The position numbers and the translations under genes are program-made. From positions 672,001-736,000 of the forward strand of contig CBDASK010000003.1 in assembly GCA_965199495.1 (NCBI GenBank): a DNA stretch of 64,000 nucleotides. Reading direction: 5' to 3'. The notes beneath the pieces are model-generated. The model worked only from the letters and a program-made list of their open reading frames with translations. It did no database searches and was not told where the DNA came from. The stretch is from Abditibacterium sp. (GTDB lineage: Bacteria; Armatimonadota; Abditibacteriia; Abditibacteriales; Abditibacteriaceae). This document shows, piece by piece, positions 19,208-29,016 of the stretch; position 1 is the first letter of the stretch, and every line of letters begins with the position of its first letter.

Positions 19208-19299
19208 AGCGTAAAGCAAATGCAGAGGCCAAGTTTGCGCGCTTACGCCCAACGCGCCAACTCGTTAAGCTAAAAAGGCGCGTTTGGGCGCACGAAACT

Positions 19300-20649
19300 A
19301 TGAAAATTGCCGTTATTGGAACTGGATATGTCGGACTTGTCGCCGGAGTTTGCTTTGCCGAAGCGGGCAACGACGTGATTGGCGTGGATGTCAATCTCGA
19401 CAAACTGCGCCGCCTCAACGCGGGCGAACTGCCGATTTACGAACCGGGTTTGGAACACATTTTCCATCGCAACACCCGCGAAGAACGTCTGCTCTTCACC
19501 GACGATCTGGCGCGCGCCGTTGCCGAATCGGAAGTCATTTTTCTGGCGCTGCCGACGCCGCCGGGCGCCGATGGTTCAGCCGATCTGAAATACGTTTTGG
19601 GCGCCTCGCGTGACATCGGAAAACTATTAAATTCTGCTGCGGATTATAAGATCATCGTCACCAAAAGCACGGTGCCAGTTGGCACCGCCGACAAAGTGCG
19701 CGCCTGCATCGCCGAAAACGCCAAATCGGAATTCGACGTAATTTCCAATCCCGAATTTTTGCGCGAGGGCGTGGCCATCGAAGATTTCATGAAACCCGAA
19801 CGCGTCGTCATCGGCATCGGCGAAGGTTCGCCCGACCCGCACCGTGCTGAAACCGTGATGCGCGAATTGTATCGCCCGTTTTTGATGAGCGGCAATCCCC
19901 TGCTCGTCATGGACGCGCGCAGTGCCGAAGTCACGAAATACGCCGCCAATTCGATGCTGGCGCTGCGCATTTCGTTTATGAATGACATCGCCAACTTGTG
20001 CGAAAAATGTGACGCCGACGTGGATAAAGTGCGCCTGGGCATCGGCTTAGATTCGCGCATCGGCAAGAGATTTTTGTTCGCGGGCACCGGTTACGGCGGC
20101 TCATGTTTTCCCAAAGACGTGCAAGCTCTCGTTGCCACGGGCCAAGAGTTTGGCGCGCCCCAGACGATATTGGAAGCCGCCGAGGCCGTTAATCAGCGCC
20201 AGAAGAAAACGCTGATTCCGCGCATCGAAGCGCATTTCGATGGCGATTTGACCGGCAAGACTTTCGCGGTCTGGGGTTTGGCGTTCAAGCCCAACACCGA
20301 CGATATTCGCGAAGCTCCGGCCTTAGTTATCGTGGACGAATTGATTAGTCGTGGCGCGAAAGTGAAGGCTTATGACCCCGAAGCGATGCTTGCGGTTGAG
20401 GCGCAAATTGGCGATAAGTGGGGCGACAATTTCAGTTTCGTCAAGCGCCATTACGACGCGTGTGATGGCGCCGATGCGATTGTTATCGTGACCGAATGGC
20501 CCAAATTTCGCGAGCCAGATTTCGATTATCTCAAAGAAATTTTGAATCAACCGACGATTTTCGATGGACGTAACGTTTACGAACTCGACACGATGCGGCG
20601 CGAAGGTTTCAATTATTACTCGATTGGCCGCCCGGTCGTAAAGGTGTAG
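19300..20649 (+). CDS. ugd: UDP-glucose 6-dehydrogenase
   Basis: IGTGYVGL, KSTVPVGT, NPEFLREG, GYGGSCFPKD, GLAFKPNTDDIRE. Confidence 0.95.
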   Translation: MKIAVIGTGYVGLVAGVCFAEAGNDVIGVDVNLDKLRRLNAGELPIYEPGLEHIFHRNTREERLLFTDDLARAVAESEVIFLALPTPPGADGSADLKYVLGASRDIGKLLNSAADYKIIVTKSTVPVGTADKVRACIAENAKSEFDVISNPEFLREGVAIEDFMKPERVVIGIGEGSPDPHRAETVMRELYRPFLMSGNPLLVMDARSAEVTKYAANSMLALRISFMNDIANLCEKCDADVDKVRLGIGLDSRIGKRFLFAGTGYGGSCFPKDVQALVATGQEFGAPQTILEAAEAVNQRQKKTLIPRIEAHFDGDLTGKTFAVWGLAFKPNTDDIREAPALVIVDELISRGAKVKAYDPEAMLAVEAQIGDKWGDNFSFVKRHYDACDGADAIVIVTEWPKFREPDFDYLKEILNQPTIFDGRNVYELDTMRREGFNYYSIGRPVVKV

Positions 20650-20665
20650 CGCGAGCCACTGATTT

Positions 20666-22633
20666 TCACCCGATGCGCCCATCAATCGCGGCGAAATCAA
20701 TGGCGAACTCGCGCCCATCGCGCAGCACAACCAGCGCGCCGCACGAAGAACCCGATTCCATAAATCTTGGCGTTTCCAACTGGTCAATCGGGCAAAGTTC
20801 GGCGTCGCTCCACTCGCCGCCATCGCAACGATGCAAAAGCAGCGTCACCAACAAATTCATACCCGGATATAATGACGTGCACGTTTGTTTCGCCGTCAAA
20901 ACCGTGCTGAACTGCGCTTCGGGATGTTTGTCTTTGTGCGTGCGCGCTTCCAATTCGTCCCAACCGTGTTGCGCGACGAAGGCCAAGCGGCGCCCTGCGA
21001 TGCGCGCGGTTAAACCGCGACAACCTTGACGCTCGAACCCTTCGACTGATGCAACCACGCCGCCGATGTGGGGTAAACCGAAGTGGCCCAGCGTTAAATC
21101 GTGCGGATAAAAAACGCGGTTGCGCGCGAACTGCAACACGCCGCCCGGCACGATGATTTCGGCGATGTCAATCGGCGCGCGATGGCCTTTAGCGTTCATC
21201 AGAATTTGGCGATAAATCACGCCGTTCTCTTCGCCAGCCCATAAAATCTGCTGAATCGGTTGCCACGGATTTTCGCCGTCCAGATTGCGCGCGCTAAACG
21301 CCATTGCCGTCGCGCCGCTTTCGTTGTCGTCGGCTTCCCACGGAAACGCCGTGTTGTAGCACAAACGCGAATAATTCGGATCGGGCGCATGAACTTTGGC
21401 GGCGCGCAACTCCGCCGCGCCGCTCACGCCCTGCGCGGTTATCGCAAAGCCCGGCCCCGGCAAAACACGGGTTTCGCTGCCCTGCCCGATAATGTTCCAG
21501 TCGCCGTCGGTTTCGGGCGCCGCCCAGAACGGCGAATCTTCGGGCAAGCTCAACGCGACGAACGGCAGAAACATCCAAAACGGGCTGGCCGCGCAACTGT
21601 AAGGCTGCAAGCATGGCTCGAAGTGCCCGTAAAAACCCAGCGACGGCACATCGTTTTCCCAGAATTCGGGCCGCGTCACGAAATCCAACAACGCGCCCGA
21701 AACGATGCGCCGCGCCCAACCCGGATTGATCGTGGGCGTTTGCGCCATTGATGCGAGCGGAAACGCGCAGGTCGCGCCGAAACGATAGCAAATGCTGCGG
21801 CCCCACATCAACATTTTGCCGTCGCGCCCGAAAAATAGCGGATACGTCTTCATCAAATCCGCGAACTGCTTTTCCATGACTTTCACGCGGTCGGGATCGT
21901 TTTTATCGCCCCACGCGCGGCTCCAGATGATGCCGTAAAGATGGAAAACCCACACGCTATAATAATCGAAGTGCGCGTCCAGAAACCAGCCATCGCCGCC
22001 ATAACTCGCCATCAAAAAATCGAGATGATCGTTCAACAAATCGTCGTCAATCGGATAAGCGCGCGTCTTGAGAAACGTCAGCATCATCACGTTGAAGTAG
22101 CGCCAGTTGTGCGAAGTCGTGCGCCCGTGCGCCCAATCACTGAGGTGCGCGGCGATTAAATTCTGCTCCGCGCGCGAAAAGAGCGGCCACAAAACATCGG
22201 GGAATTGCAGCAAAATTGTGGAAAATCCGCCCCACTCGCAGGTCATCTGGTAGCGGTCGTCGGGCAATTCGGAGATTTTCGGAATATAAGTCGCGCTCCC
22301 CGGCGTGACGAGTTGCAAGATTTGATGGCGATAATAATCGGCCAATGGAATCCCGTTGATTTCAATATCGGGTGCGACGTGCATCAATGGCGCAGCCACG
22401 TTAAGCGAGCGGCTCAAACCCTCGAACTCCATCGCGCGAAAACGCCAATCGGGATCATTTGTGTGCGGATAACTTTTGCCCTCGACTTTGGGAAACGCCA
22501 TCGGATTATCAAGGGTCTCGACGTGGCTGAAGGTACCCTGCATAATAAAACGCGCGCATTCGATCCAATGCGCGCGTGTCATTCCGGTTTGTGGACTGAG
22601 ATTGAAATCGGGATTATTAATTTGGAATTGCAT
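20666..22633 (-). CDS. DUF2264-like protein (putative glycan lyase/hydrolase)
   Basis: SPQTGMTRAHW, NWRYF, YGGDGWFLD, FDYYS, WGRSICYRF, YSCAASPFW. Confidence 0.75.
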   Translation of the reverse strand: MQFQINNPDFNLSPQTGMTRAHWIECARFIMQGTFSHVETLDNPMAFPKVEGKSYPHTNDPDWRFRAMEFEGLSRSLNVAAPLMHVAPDIEINGIPLADYYRHQILQLVTPGSATYIPKISELPDDRYQMTCEWGGFSTILLQFPDVLWPLFSRAEQNLIAAHLSDWAHGRTTSHNWRYFNVMMLTFLKTRAYPIDDDLLNDHLDFLMASYGGDGWFLDAHFDYYSVWVFHLYGIIWSRAWGDKNDPDRVKVMEKQFADLMKTYPLFFGRDGKMLMWGRSICYRFGATCAFPLASMAQTPTINPGWARRIVSGALLDFVTRPEFWENDVPSLGFYGHFEPCLQPYSCAASPFWMFLPFVALSLPEDSPFWAAPETDGDWNIIGQGSETRVLPGPGFAITAQGVSGAAELRAAKVHAPDPNYSRLCYNTAFPWEADDNESGATAMAFSARNLDGENPWQPIQQILWAGEENGVIYRQILMNAKGHRAPIDIAEIIVPGGVLQFARNRVFYPHDLTLGHFGLPHIGGVVASVEGFERQGCRGLTARIAGRRLAFVAQHGWDELEARTHKDKHPEAQFSTVLTAKQTCTSLYPGMNLLVTLLLHRCDGGEWSDAELCPIDQLETPRFMESGSSCGALVVLRDGREFAIDFAAIDGRIG

Positions 22634-22660
22634 ACTTGCTTTACCGGTAAATTATTATAA

Positions 22661-22684
22661 CGTAGAGACGCCGATTTATCGCGT
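22661..22684 (+). repeat. Single GTAG-family REP-like unit
   Basis: CGTAGAGACGCCGATTTATCGCGT, identical to the arm at 56882 onward. Confidence 0.85.
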
Positions 22685-22719
22685 TCAAACAGTTCGCATT
22701 GCGGAACTTTACGCCACTT

Positions 22720-23544
22720 TTATTTTGGCAAAACCAGCAACGCATTGCTCAAATCGCGTCCAGGCGCGCGCAACGCGCGACCTTGCAGCCATAAACCGCT
22801 TGAAGCGCCGCCGTCCATATTCATCGCTTGAGCGCATCCCAATTTTTGCATTAGCACGGCCAGTTGTGCCATCGTGCCCGCAGTAACAACAAAAATCAGC
22901 TCGCGTTTGCTGGTAATTCCGACCGCGCTGCGCGCCATCGAAAGGCGCAATACTTTCGGGTCGGTGAACTTCTCGCCGGTCATATCGAGCGCGACTTTGC
23001 CATCGGCCACCAAACGCGGGCCGCACCCAACGGCTTCCTGCGCGCGCGGCCAAAACGCATCGGCGGCGGCATCGCCCGACTCGCCGCGTAGCGCCAGCAA
23101 CACGCGCGGCGCGCTATCCATGCGAGCCGCGTTGTCGGCGGCAAACCCCAATGTCGTGCCGATGTTGCCTTTAAACGCCGGTTCGCCGTTAGTGATGAGC
23201 GTCATGACCGGTGGCTTGTAGGCGCCACGATTGTAAGCCTGAAAAAACGAACCGTTGATCGCCGCCAACGCGCCATAACGTTTGGCCATGCCGCCCAGCG
23301 ATTCGGTTTTGCCCACTTCATTGCCCGCAATTGCGACCTTCAGGCGCACCTTATCAAGCGCGAATCGCACCATCTGGCCGCGCAAATGCGTTTTGCCGAC
23401 ATTCACATCGAACGACTGCGCGCGAATCGCCGAAATTGGCGCGTTTTGCGCGGGTGCGCCCAGCATCGAACGAACTCCGAGCGCGAGGCCAGCGCTGGCG
23501 ATAGCAACAGCCACGGACAGCTTGAGGTGAGATTTAAGCGTCAT
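22720..23544 (-). CDS. Phosphodiester glycosidase (NAGPA/DUF2233) family exported protein
   Basis: AAINGSFF, GCGPRLV, ARSAVG, AMNMDGGASS; signal peptide. Confidence 0.85.
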   Translation of the reverse strand: MTLKSHLKLSVAVAIASAGLALGVRSMLGAPAQNAPISAIRAQSFDVNVGKTHLRGQMVRFALDKVRLKVAIAGNEVGKTESLGGMAKRYGALAAINGSFFQAYNRGAYKPPVMTLITNGEPAFKGNIGTTLGFAADNAARMDSAPRVLLALRGESGDAAADAFWPRAQEAVGCGPRLVADGKVALDMTGEKFTDPKVLRLSMARSAVGITSKRELIFVVTAGTMAQLAVLMQKLGCAQAMNMDGGASSGLWLQGRALRAPGRDLSNALLVLPK

Positions 23545-23547
23545 TTA

Positions 23548-24378
23548 TTATCCGCCCAGCGACAATACCAACTGTGGCGTTTGAATTTTGTGTTCGCTCG
23601 AAATCTCGATAATAGAAGTGCCCAGCGCGAAATACTCGATGACGTGTTGATTCCAGCCGTGGCTCGATTCCTCTACGCTGACGCCGACGATGCCCCGCCC
23701 GCCATCGGCTTCGGCCTCGGCCTGCATACGCGTCAGGGCCAGTTCGCGCGCGTCGTAAAGTCCTTGCGTGTAATTGTCCATTTCGACGTTTTGCCCGATT
23801 TGTCCCAACGCCTGCGTCATGCCGCGCTTGCGCACCTGATACACACAATTGCCCATCACCAAACTCACCGGACGGTAGCCACTGCGCAAGAGCGTCCAGA
23901 AATCCTGACCGCTCAAATCCGAGGTGAACGGCTTGTTGCGCTTGGTGCGATAATCGCCGCCGGTATCGTGTTTAATCGCGGTTCCAATCGCCAAAAATTC
24001 GACTAAATCGGCGCCAAAGGCGTGACGATTGACGGTGAGTCGCACGCCGACGATGCCATCGGCGCCCAGCAAATCGGCCTCTTCCTGCATTCGCGTCATC
24101 GCCAGTTCGCGCGCCGAATAAAGCGCCTGCGTCAACACGTCGAGTTCCAGACTTTCCCACGGATTGGTGAACTGAAACCCGATGTGATAAATCGAGCAAC
24201 CCATCACTAAACCCAAGGGCGTGAAACCGGCGTCGCGCACGAGCAAAAATTCGTTAACCGAGAGATCGGACGTCCACAGATTGGCTTTGCCATCGGCCAA
24301 ACGCGCTTTGGCGCTTGCGGGCAAACCCTGCGTTTGGCCTTTGACGTAGGCGGCTTCGTTAGATTGAGTATTGTTCAT
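23548..24378 (-). CDS. Double YbjQ/UPF0145 (heavy-metal-binding-like) domain protein, paralog 5 (most canonical)
   Basis: WTSDLSVNEF, ARELAMTRMQEEADLLGADGIVGV, EFLAIGTAI, repeated in the second half. Confidence 0.85.
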   Translation of the reverse strand: MNNTQSNEAAYVKGQTQGLPASAKARLADGKANLWTSDLSVNEFLLVRDAGFTPLGLVMGCSIYHIGFQFTNPWESLELDVLTQALYSARELAMTRMQEEADLLGADGIVGVRLTVNRHAFGADLVEFLAIGTAIKHDTGGDYRTKRNKPFTSDLSGQDFWTLLRSGYRPVSLVMGNCVYQVRKRGMTQALGQIGQNVEMDNYTQGLYDARELALTRMQAEAEADGGRGIVGVSVEESSHGWNQHVIEYFALGTSIIEISSEHKIQTPQLVLSLGG

Positions 24379-25274
24379 TGGATGTCCAAAATCGGTTGAA
24401 TTGCGGGCGCGTCGGTGCCGGGAAGCGGGCGAATCGCCGTGCCGATGGCGAAAACGGAAAAAGTGGTGCGCGGCCCCTCGACGCGAAGGATTTCTCGGAG
24501 ATAGCGTTCTTCAGGATACTTCTCGACTGCGACCTGGAGACCCAGAACCCCGGTTGCGCCACATTTTTTGGCGTAGAATTTGACCAAAGACATCGCCCGG
24601 CGGCGCGCCTTGTGAATGACTTGGGAGTATTCCAGAACCTCGAAATTGCCGCGCCAACCTTTGAAGCGCGTCCTGCCGAACTCACTGCGCGCACCGGGCG
24701 AGAGCGTCCGTAGAATGATCGCCTGCCCCATCACGATGGCGCAGGGCGCGTAACCAGCGCGCTCTAATTTCCAGCTTTCCGCGCAGGAGAGGCTGGACAA
24801 AAATAGCTTTTGAGTCGCGGAGGCGCCACGCACGATTGCGGTTCCGGTGGCCACGAACTCGATGATCTCGCTTCGTTCATTGCCGTCCTGCTCTGGCCAA
24901 CGCGCCTGCAACGTCACTGCGACGATGCCGTCCGCGCCCAGTTCCCGCGCCCGCGCCTTCAATCGTAACAGCGCCAATTCGCGCGCGTCAGAGAACGATT
25001 GGGCCAGTGCCGTTAGTTCGAGCGTGTGTCCCCGCCGCATCTGCTTCTCTAACGCTGGTCTGAGCCAAGGCCGAGAAAGCCAGTCGGGGTCGAAGTATTG
25101 CCTTCCAAACTGCATCGCTACCGCGCCCATGACTTGCCCCAGAACGCGATAACCCGATTTGCGCGCCAACAACATTTCGCCGACGCCAAGCGAACTCGAA
25201 AACGCGCCGCTTTCGATGCGCGCGCGTTCAAGTTGTAAGCGCTCGATAACCGACGGGGTCAAAGCGGAGTTCAT
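24375..25274 (-). CDS. Double YbjQ/UPF0145 domain protein, paralog 4
   Basis: ARELALLRLKARARELGADGIVAV, EFVATGTAI; ATGA overlaps with neighbours. Confidence 0.8.
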   Translation of the reverse strand: MNSALTPSVIERLQLERARIESGAFSSSLGVGEMLLARKSGYRVLGQVMGAVAMQFGRQYFDPDWLSRPWLRPALEKQMRRGHTLELTALAQSFSDARELALLRLKARARELGADGIVAVTLQARWPEQDGNERSEIIEFVATGTAIVRGASATQKLFLSSLSCAESWKLERAGYAPCAIVMGQAIILRTLSPGARSEFGRTRFKGWRGNFEVLEYSQVIHKARRRAMSLVKFYAKKCGATGVLGLQVAVEKYPEERYLREILRVEGPRTTFSVFAIGTAIRPLPGTDAPAIQPILDIQ

Positions 25275-26359
25275 GTGAGATTGATAATCGGCTCGATGGA
25301 AGGTTTGGGCGCATCAACGCGCCGCGAATCGCGAATCGCGGTGCCGGTCGCCATAAACGCGAACGTCGCTTCGTGGGGGGCGTGGCTGGCTTCGTAGTGT
25401 CGCTGCAAAAAAGGGTTTTTGTCGACATCAATTTGCACGCCGACGATGCCATTCGCGCCGCATTGGCGCGCCTGCGCTTCCATGCGCGCAATCGCCGATT
25501 CGCGCGCGTCGTAGACGGCGCGCGTGTATTCGGGCACCTCGAAATTGCCCGACGGACGGAGTTTCCATTCGTCGTGGATTTGCTTTTTGAGCAAATAACA
25601 CTCTCGTTCCCCTTGATAAATTGAAGATTGCTGCTGCGTCAGCGACGACGGGCGCACAAATTGAGGCGGCAGTGCCGCGCCAAAGCGCGTGGTTTTCGAC
25701 AACTCGATTTTGTAGTGCGTGGCTCCTGAAATATCCTGCACAATTGCGCAATTGCCCATAATCAAGCCGCACGGAACGTAACCGACGCTTTCCAATTTCC
25801 AGGTTTCCTCGCCCGATAAATTCGAGGTAAACGGTTCGGCGGACGTTGATTTTTTGGGCGTCGCATCAGCAAATCGCGGCAAGTTGAACGAAGCAGCCAC
25901 GGGCGCGGCGTCCTTTGGCGCGGCAACGGTTTCGCGCGTGACGGCGGTGCCAATCGCCAGAACTTCGAGTTGGTTTTGGTCTTTGCCCGCGCCGACCGGC
26001 CTTTGCAACCGCAACTGCACGCCGACAACGCCACGCGCGCCCAGCAGTTGCGCTTCGGCGCGCAAACGCCCAAGCGCCAATTCGCGCGCCGAAGTCAAAG
26101 CCGCCGTGATCGCCGTCAACTCGTAAGACGAACCTTCGGTCAAACGTGTCTGCCAGTTGTTGCGCCAATTCGAGCGCGTCCACTGCCCGCCGAATTGATA
26201 AACGCTGGCGCCCATGACTTGTCCCAAAACGCGATAGCCCGACGCGCGCGCCAGGAGCATTTCGCCGACGCCTAACGCGCTGGAAAACGCGCCGCTTTCG
26301 ATGCGCGCGCGTTCGAGTTGCAATCGCTCGACGACCGATTGTGGCAATGCGGAATTCAT
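25271..26359 (-). CDS. Double YbjQ/UPF0145 domain protein, paralog 3 (with insertions)
   Basis: Start MNSALPQ; ARELALGRLRAEAQLLGARGVVGV, FTSNLSGEETWKL. Confidence 0.8.
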   Translation of the reverse strand: MNSALPQSVVERLQLERARIESGAFSSALGVGEMLLARASGYRVLGQVMGASVYQFGGQWTRSNWRNNWQTRLTEGSSYELTAITAALTSARELALGRLRAEAQLLGARGVVGVQLRLQRPVGAGKDQNQLEVLAIGTAVTRETVAAPKDAAPVAASFNLPRFADATPKKSTSAEPFTSNLSGEETWKLESVGYVPCGLIMGNCAIVQDISGATHYKIELSKTTRFGAALPPQFVRPSSLTQQQSSIYQGERECYLLKKQIHDEWKLRPSGNFEVPEYTRAVYDARESAIARMEAQARQCGANGIVGVQIDVDKNPFLQRHYEASHAPHEATFAFMATGTAIRDSRRVDAPKPSIEPIINLT

Positions 26360-27264
26360 GTGAGTGGAACGACGGTTGCGATGGAGTTTGGCGCCGCGCG
26401 CGGCAAAGCGCAAATCGCGGTGCCAATCGCCGACAGCGAGAAAATTTGAGAGGGTTTGGCGATTTCGCCGCTCCAGCCCAACTCGGCGATGTCGGAGTAA
26501 GTTTGCGTTTCGATTTGCACGCCAATAACGGAGTGAGCGCCGCTCTTTTGCGCGGCGCGTTCGAGCCGCTCAAGCGCCGTTTCGCGCGCGTCGTAAAGCG
26601 CGTTGGTGTATTGCTTCACCTCAAAATTGCCTGATTTGCCTTTGAAGCGCGCCAGCCGCAGCCGATTTCGCATAAAATTGGACAGAACTTGCAGCAACAC
26701 GCAATTGCCCATCACAATCGCGCGCGGCGCGTAACCGGCGCGCTCCAATTTCCAGGTTTCTTCGCCCGATAAATTCGAGGTAAACGGCACTTGCCCGGCG
26801 ACGTGGCTACTTGAAACGGCGGTGCCAGTCACGACAAATTCCCATTTATCAGCCGACGGTTCGCGTTGCAATTTGAAACTTTGCGGCGTGGAATCTATAA
26901 TTTCGGTTTTGCCAAAATGCACGCGCACGCCGATAACGCCGCTCGCGCCCAGCAAACGCGCTTCTTCGCACAATCGTTCGACGGCCAAATCGCGCGCATC
27001 AGCGATGCTTTGCGAAAGCGATTCCAACTCGGTGCGCAAACCACTGCTCGGACGATATTCGGCCTGCCAATTCGCTTGCACTCGCCCTCCGCCAAACTTC
27101 CAAACGCTGGCGCCCATGACTTGCCCCAACACGCGATAACCGCTCTGACGCGCCAATAACATTTCGCCGACGGGGAGCGAACTCGAAAACGCGCCGCTTT
27201 CGATGCGCGCGCGTTCGGCTTGCAAACGCTCAACAACCGACGGGGGCAAAGCGGCGGGTTTCAT
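26356..27264 (-). CDS. Double YbjQ/UPF0145 domain protein, paralog 2
   Basis: ARDLAVERLCEEARLLGASGVIGV, FTSNLSGEETWKL. Confidence 0.8.
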   Translation of the reverse strand: MKPAALPPSVVERLQAERARIESGAFSSSLPVGEMLLARQSGYRVLGQVMGASVWKFGGGRVQANWQAEYRPSSGLRTELESLSQSIADARDLAVERLCEEARLLGASGVIGVRVHFGKTEIIDSTPQSFKLQREPSADKWEFVVTGTAVSSSHVAGQVPFTSNLSGEETWKLERAGYAPRAIVMGNCVLLQVLSNFMRNRLRLARFKGKSGNFEVKQYTNALYDARETALERLERAAQKSGAHSVIGVQIETQTYSDIAELGWSGEIAKPSQIFSLSAIGTAICALPRAAPNSIATVVPLT

Positions 27265-28145
27265 GTCACATCAATCACTGTCTGCAAATCGAGATTTTTA
27301 CGTTGTCCAAGCGGCTTGACCGCCGTGCCGATGGCGGTAAAACCGAAGATTTCCTGCGCGATTTGTTCGTTCGAGCTTTGCTGCTGTTGCTGCATTAAAT
27401 ATTTCACTTCTTCGACGACAACGCGCGTGCCAACAACGCCCTGCGCGCCGCTCTGTTTCGCGGCCAATTCGAGCCGTTTGACCGCCGCTTCGCGCGCTTC
27501 GTAGATGGCGCCGGTATATTCGGCGACCTCGAAATTGCCGCGCTGGCCGCTCAAAACCGTGAAGGTCATGCGATTGGCGGTGTTGGTTGCCAGCGTTTGT
27601 AGCATCACGCAAGTGCCCATCACGAAATCGCACGGAACATAGCCAGCGCTCGCCAATTTCCAAGTCTCATCCACCGACAAATTCGAGGTGAAGGGCGTTT
27701 GCCGCCCGTTTTGCGAGCGATTGCTCCTGACGGCGGTGCCAATCGCCGTGATTTCGAGCTGATTTTGCCCGACATATTCCGGTCTGCGCAAGTGCAACTG
27801 CACGCCCACAACGCCGGTTGCGCCCAACAATTGCGCTTCGGCGCGCAAACGCGAAAGCGCCAACTCGCGCGCATGAAGTAGCGCCGCCGCAAGCGTCGTC
27901 ATCTCGTAAGAGATGCCCGTCGTCTGGCGCGCCGCCATCGTGTTCTGGCGCCAGTTCGGATTGCTCCATTGCCAGCCGATTTGATAAACCGTCGCGCCCA
28001 TGACCTGTCCCAAAACCTGATAGCCGCTCCCGCGTGCCAGCAGCGTTTCGGGCACGCTCAGCGAACTGGAAAACGCGCCGGTTTCGATGCGCTCGCGCTC
28101 AACGCGCAAACGCTCGACAACCGATTGTGGCAAATTGGTGTTCAT
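27261..28145 (-). CDS. Double YbjQ/UPF0145 domain protein, paralog 1
   Basis: Start MNTNLPQ (ATGA overlap with the upstream gene); ARELALSRLRAEAQLLGATGVVGV. Confidence 0.8.
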   Translation of the reverse strand: MNTNLPQSVVERLRVERERIETGAFSSSLSVPETLLARGSGYQVLGQVMGATVYQIGWQWSNPNWRQNTMAARQTTGISYEMTTLAAALLHARELALSRLRAEAQLLGATGVVGVQLHLRRPEYVGQNQLEITAIGTAVRSNRSQNGRQTPFTSNLSVDETWKLASAGYVPCDFVMGTCVMLQTLATNTANRMTFTVLSGQRGNFEVAEYTGAIYEAREAAVKRLELAAKQSGAQGVVGTRVVVEEVKYLMQQQQQSSNEQIAQEIFGFTAIGTAVKPLGQRKNLDLQTVIDVT

Positions 28146-28537
28146 CGCAGCCACGCCTCCAACGCCTCGCGCGCGGCGTGGCTTTGCTCGGCACGTTCGC
28201 TGAGCGCCGCGCTCAAACGCGCGATCCAATCGGCCATCGTCACGCTTTCGGTTTTGAGAGCCACGCCGCGCACGCTGCGCCGAATCTGCGCTTCGAGCGG
28301 CGAATGCGCCGCACGATTGGCGAGCATAAATTCGTGTTCACCCAGCGTCACTTTTAAATTTTTCACCGGGCGAATTTTGCTCCAGAACGCGCCGCCGCGC
28401 TCAATTTGCGTCGCGTCGGGAAGGGCGCGTTCGAGCATCAGCGCGGCACTTTCGAGAAAATCGCGTTCATCTTCGCCGTAAGATTTGGCGAGATAAGCCG
28501 CGACGCCAATTTGCAGGGCGTTATCGTTGTCCATCAT
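28142..28537 (-). CDS. Hypothetical protein coupled to the YbjQ array
   Basis: 131 aa; start and stop overlap moaC and paralog 1; VRGVALKT...WIARLSAAL. Confidence 0.75.
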   Translation of the reverse strand: MMDNDNALQIGVAAYLAKSYGEDERDFLESAALMLERALPDATQIERGGAFWSKIRPVKNLKVTLGEHEFMLANRAAHSPLEAQIRRSVRGVALKTESVTMADWIARLSAALSERAEQSHAAREALEAWLR

Positions 28538-29004
28538 GATGTTTGGGCGCGCACGAAGTCGCCGCTTTTGCCGCCAGTTTTTTCTAACAACACGATATTA
28601 GAAATCTCCAAGGTTTCGTCCACGCCTTTGGTCATATCGTAAATCGTCAAGAGTGCGGCGGAAACGGCGGTTAAGGCTTCCATTTCGACGCCGGTTTGCC
28701 CGCTACATTTTACCATCGCCGTCGCAATAACAACGCCATTTTTGGTATCGCAATCGAATTCGCAAGTCACGCCCGAAATCAAAAGCGGGTGGCAGAGCGG
28801 AATAATTTGCGGCGTGTTTTTGGCGGCCATGATGGCAGCCACGCGCGCGGTTTCGAGCGCGTTGCCTTTGGGCAAAGTTGAGTCGCGCACCATTTGTGCG
28901 GTGGCGGGCAATAATTTAATTGAACCGCGCGCCGTGGCTTGTCGTCGCGTGCTTGATTTATCGCCGACATCGATCATCTGCGTGAGGTTACGAGAATTTT
29001 CCAT
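28534..29004 (-). CDS. moaC: Cyclic pyranopterin monophosphate synthase
   Basis: MIDVGDK, AAKNT..IIPLCHPL, TGVEMEAL, TIYDMTKGVD, KTGGKSG. Confidence 0.95.
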   Translation of the reverse strand: MENSRNLTQMIDVGDKSSTRRQATARGSIKLLPATAQMVRDSTLPKGNALETARVAAIMAAKNTPQIIPLCHPLLISGVTCEFDCDTKNGVVIATAMVKCSGQTGVEMEALTAVSAALLTIYDMTKGVDETLEISNIVLLEKTGGKSGDFVRAQTS

Positions 29005-29016
29005 CGAGGTTATTTT

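Noticed and set aside
23548..28145. Diversity-generating retroelement behind the YbjQ paralog variation
   Set aside because: No reverse transcriptase and no template/variable repeat pair with adenine-specific differences was seen.
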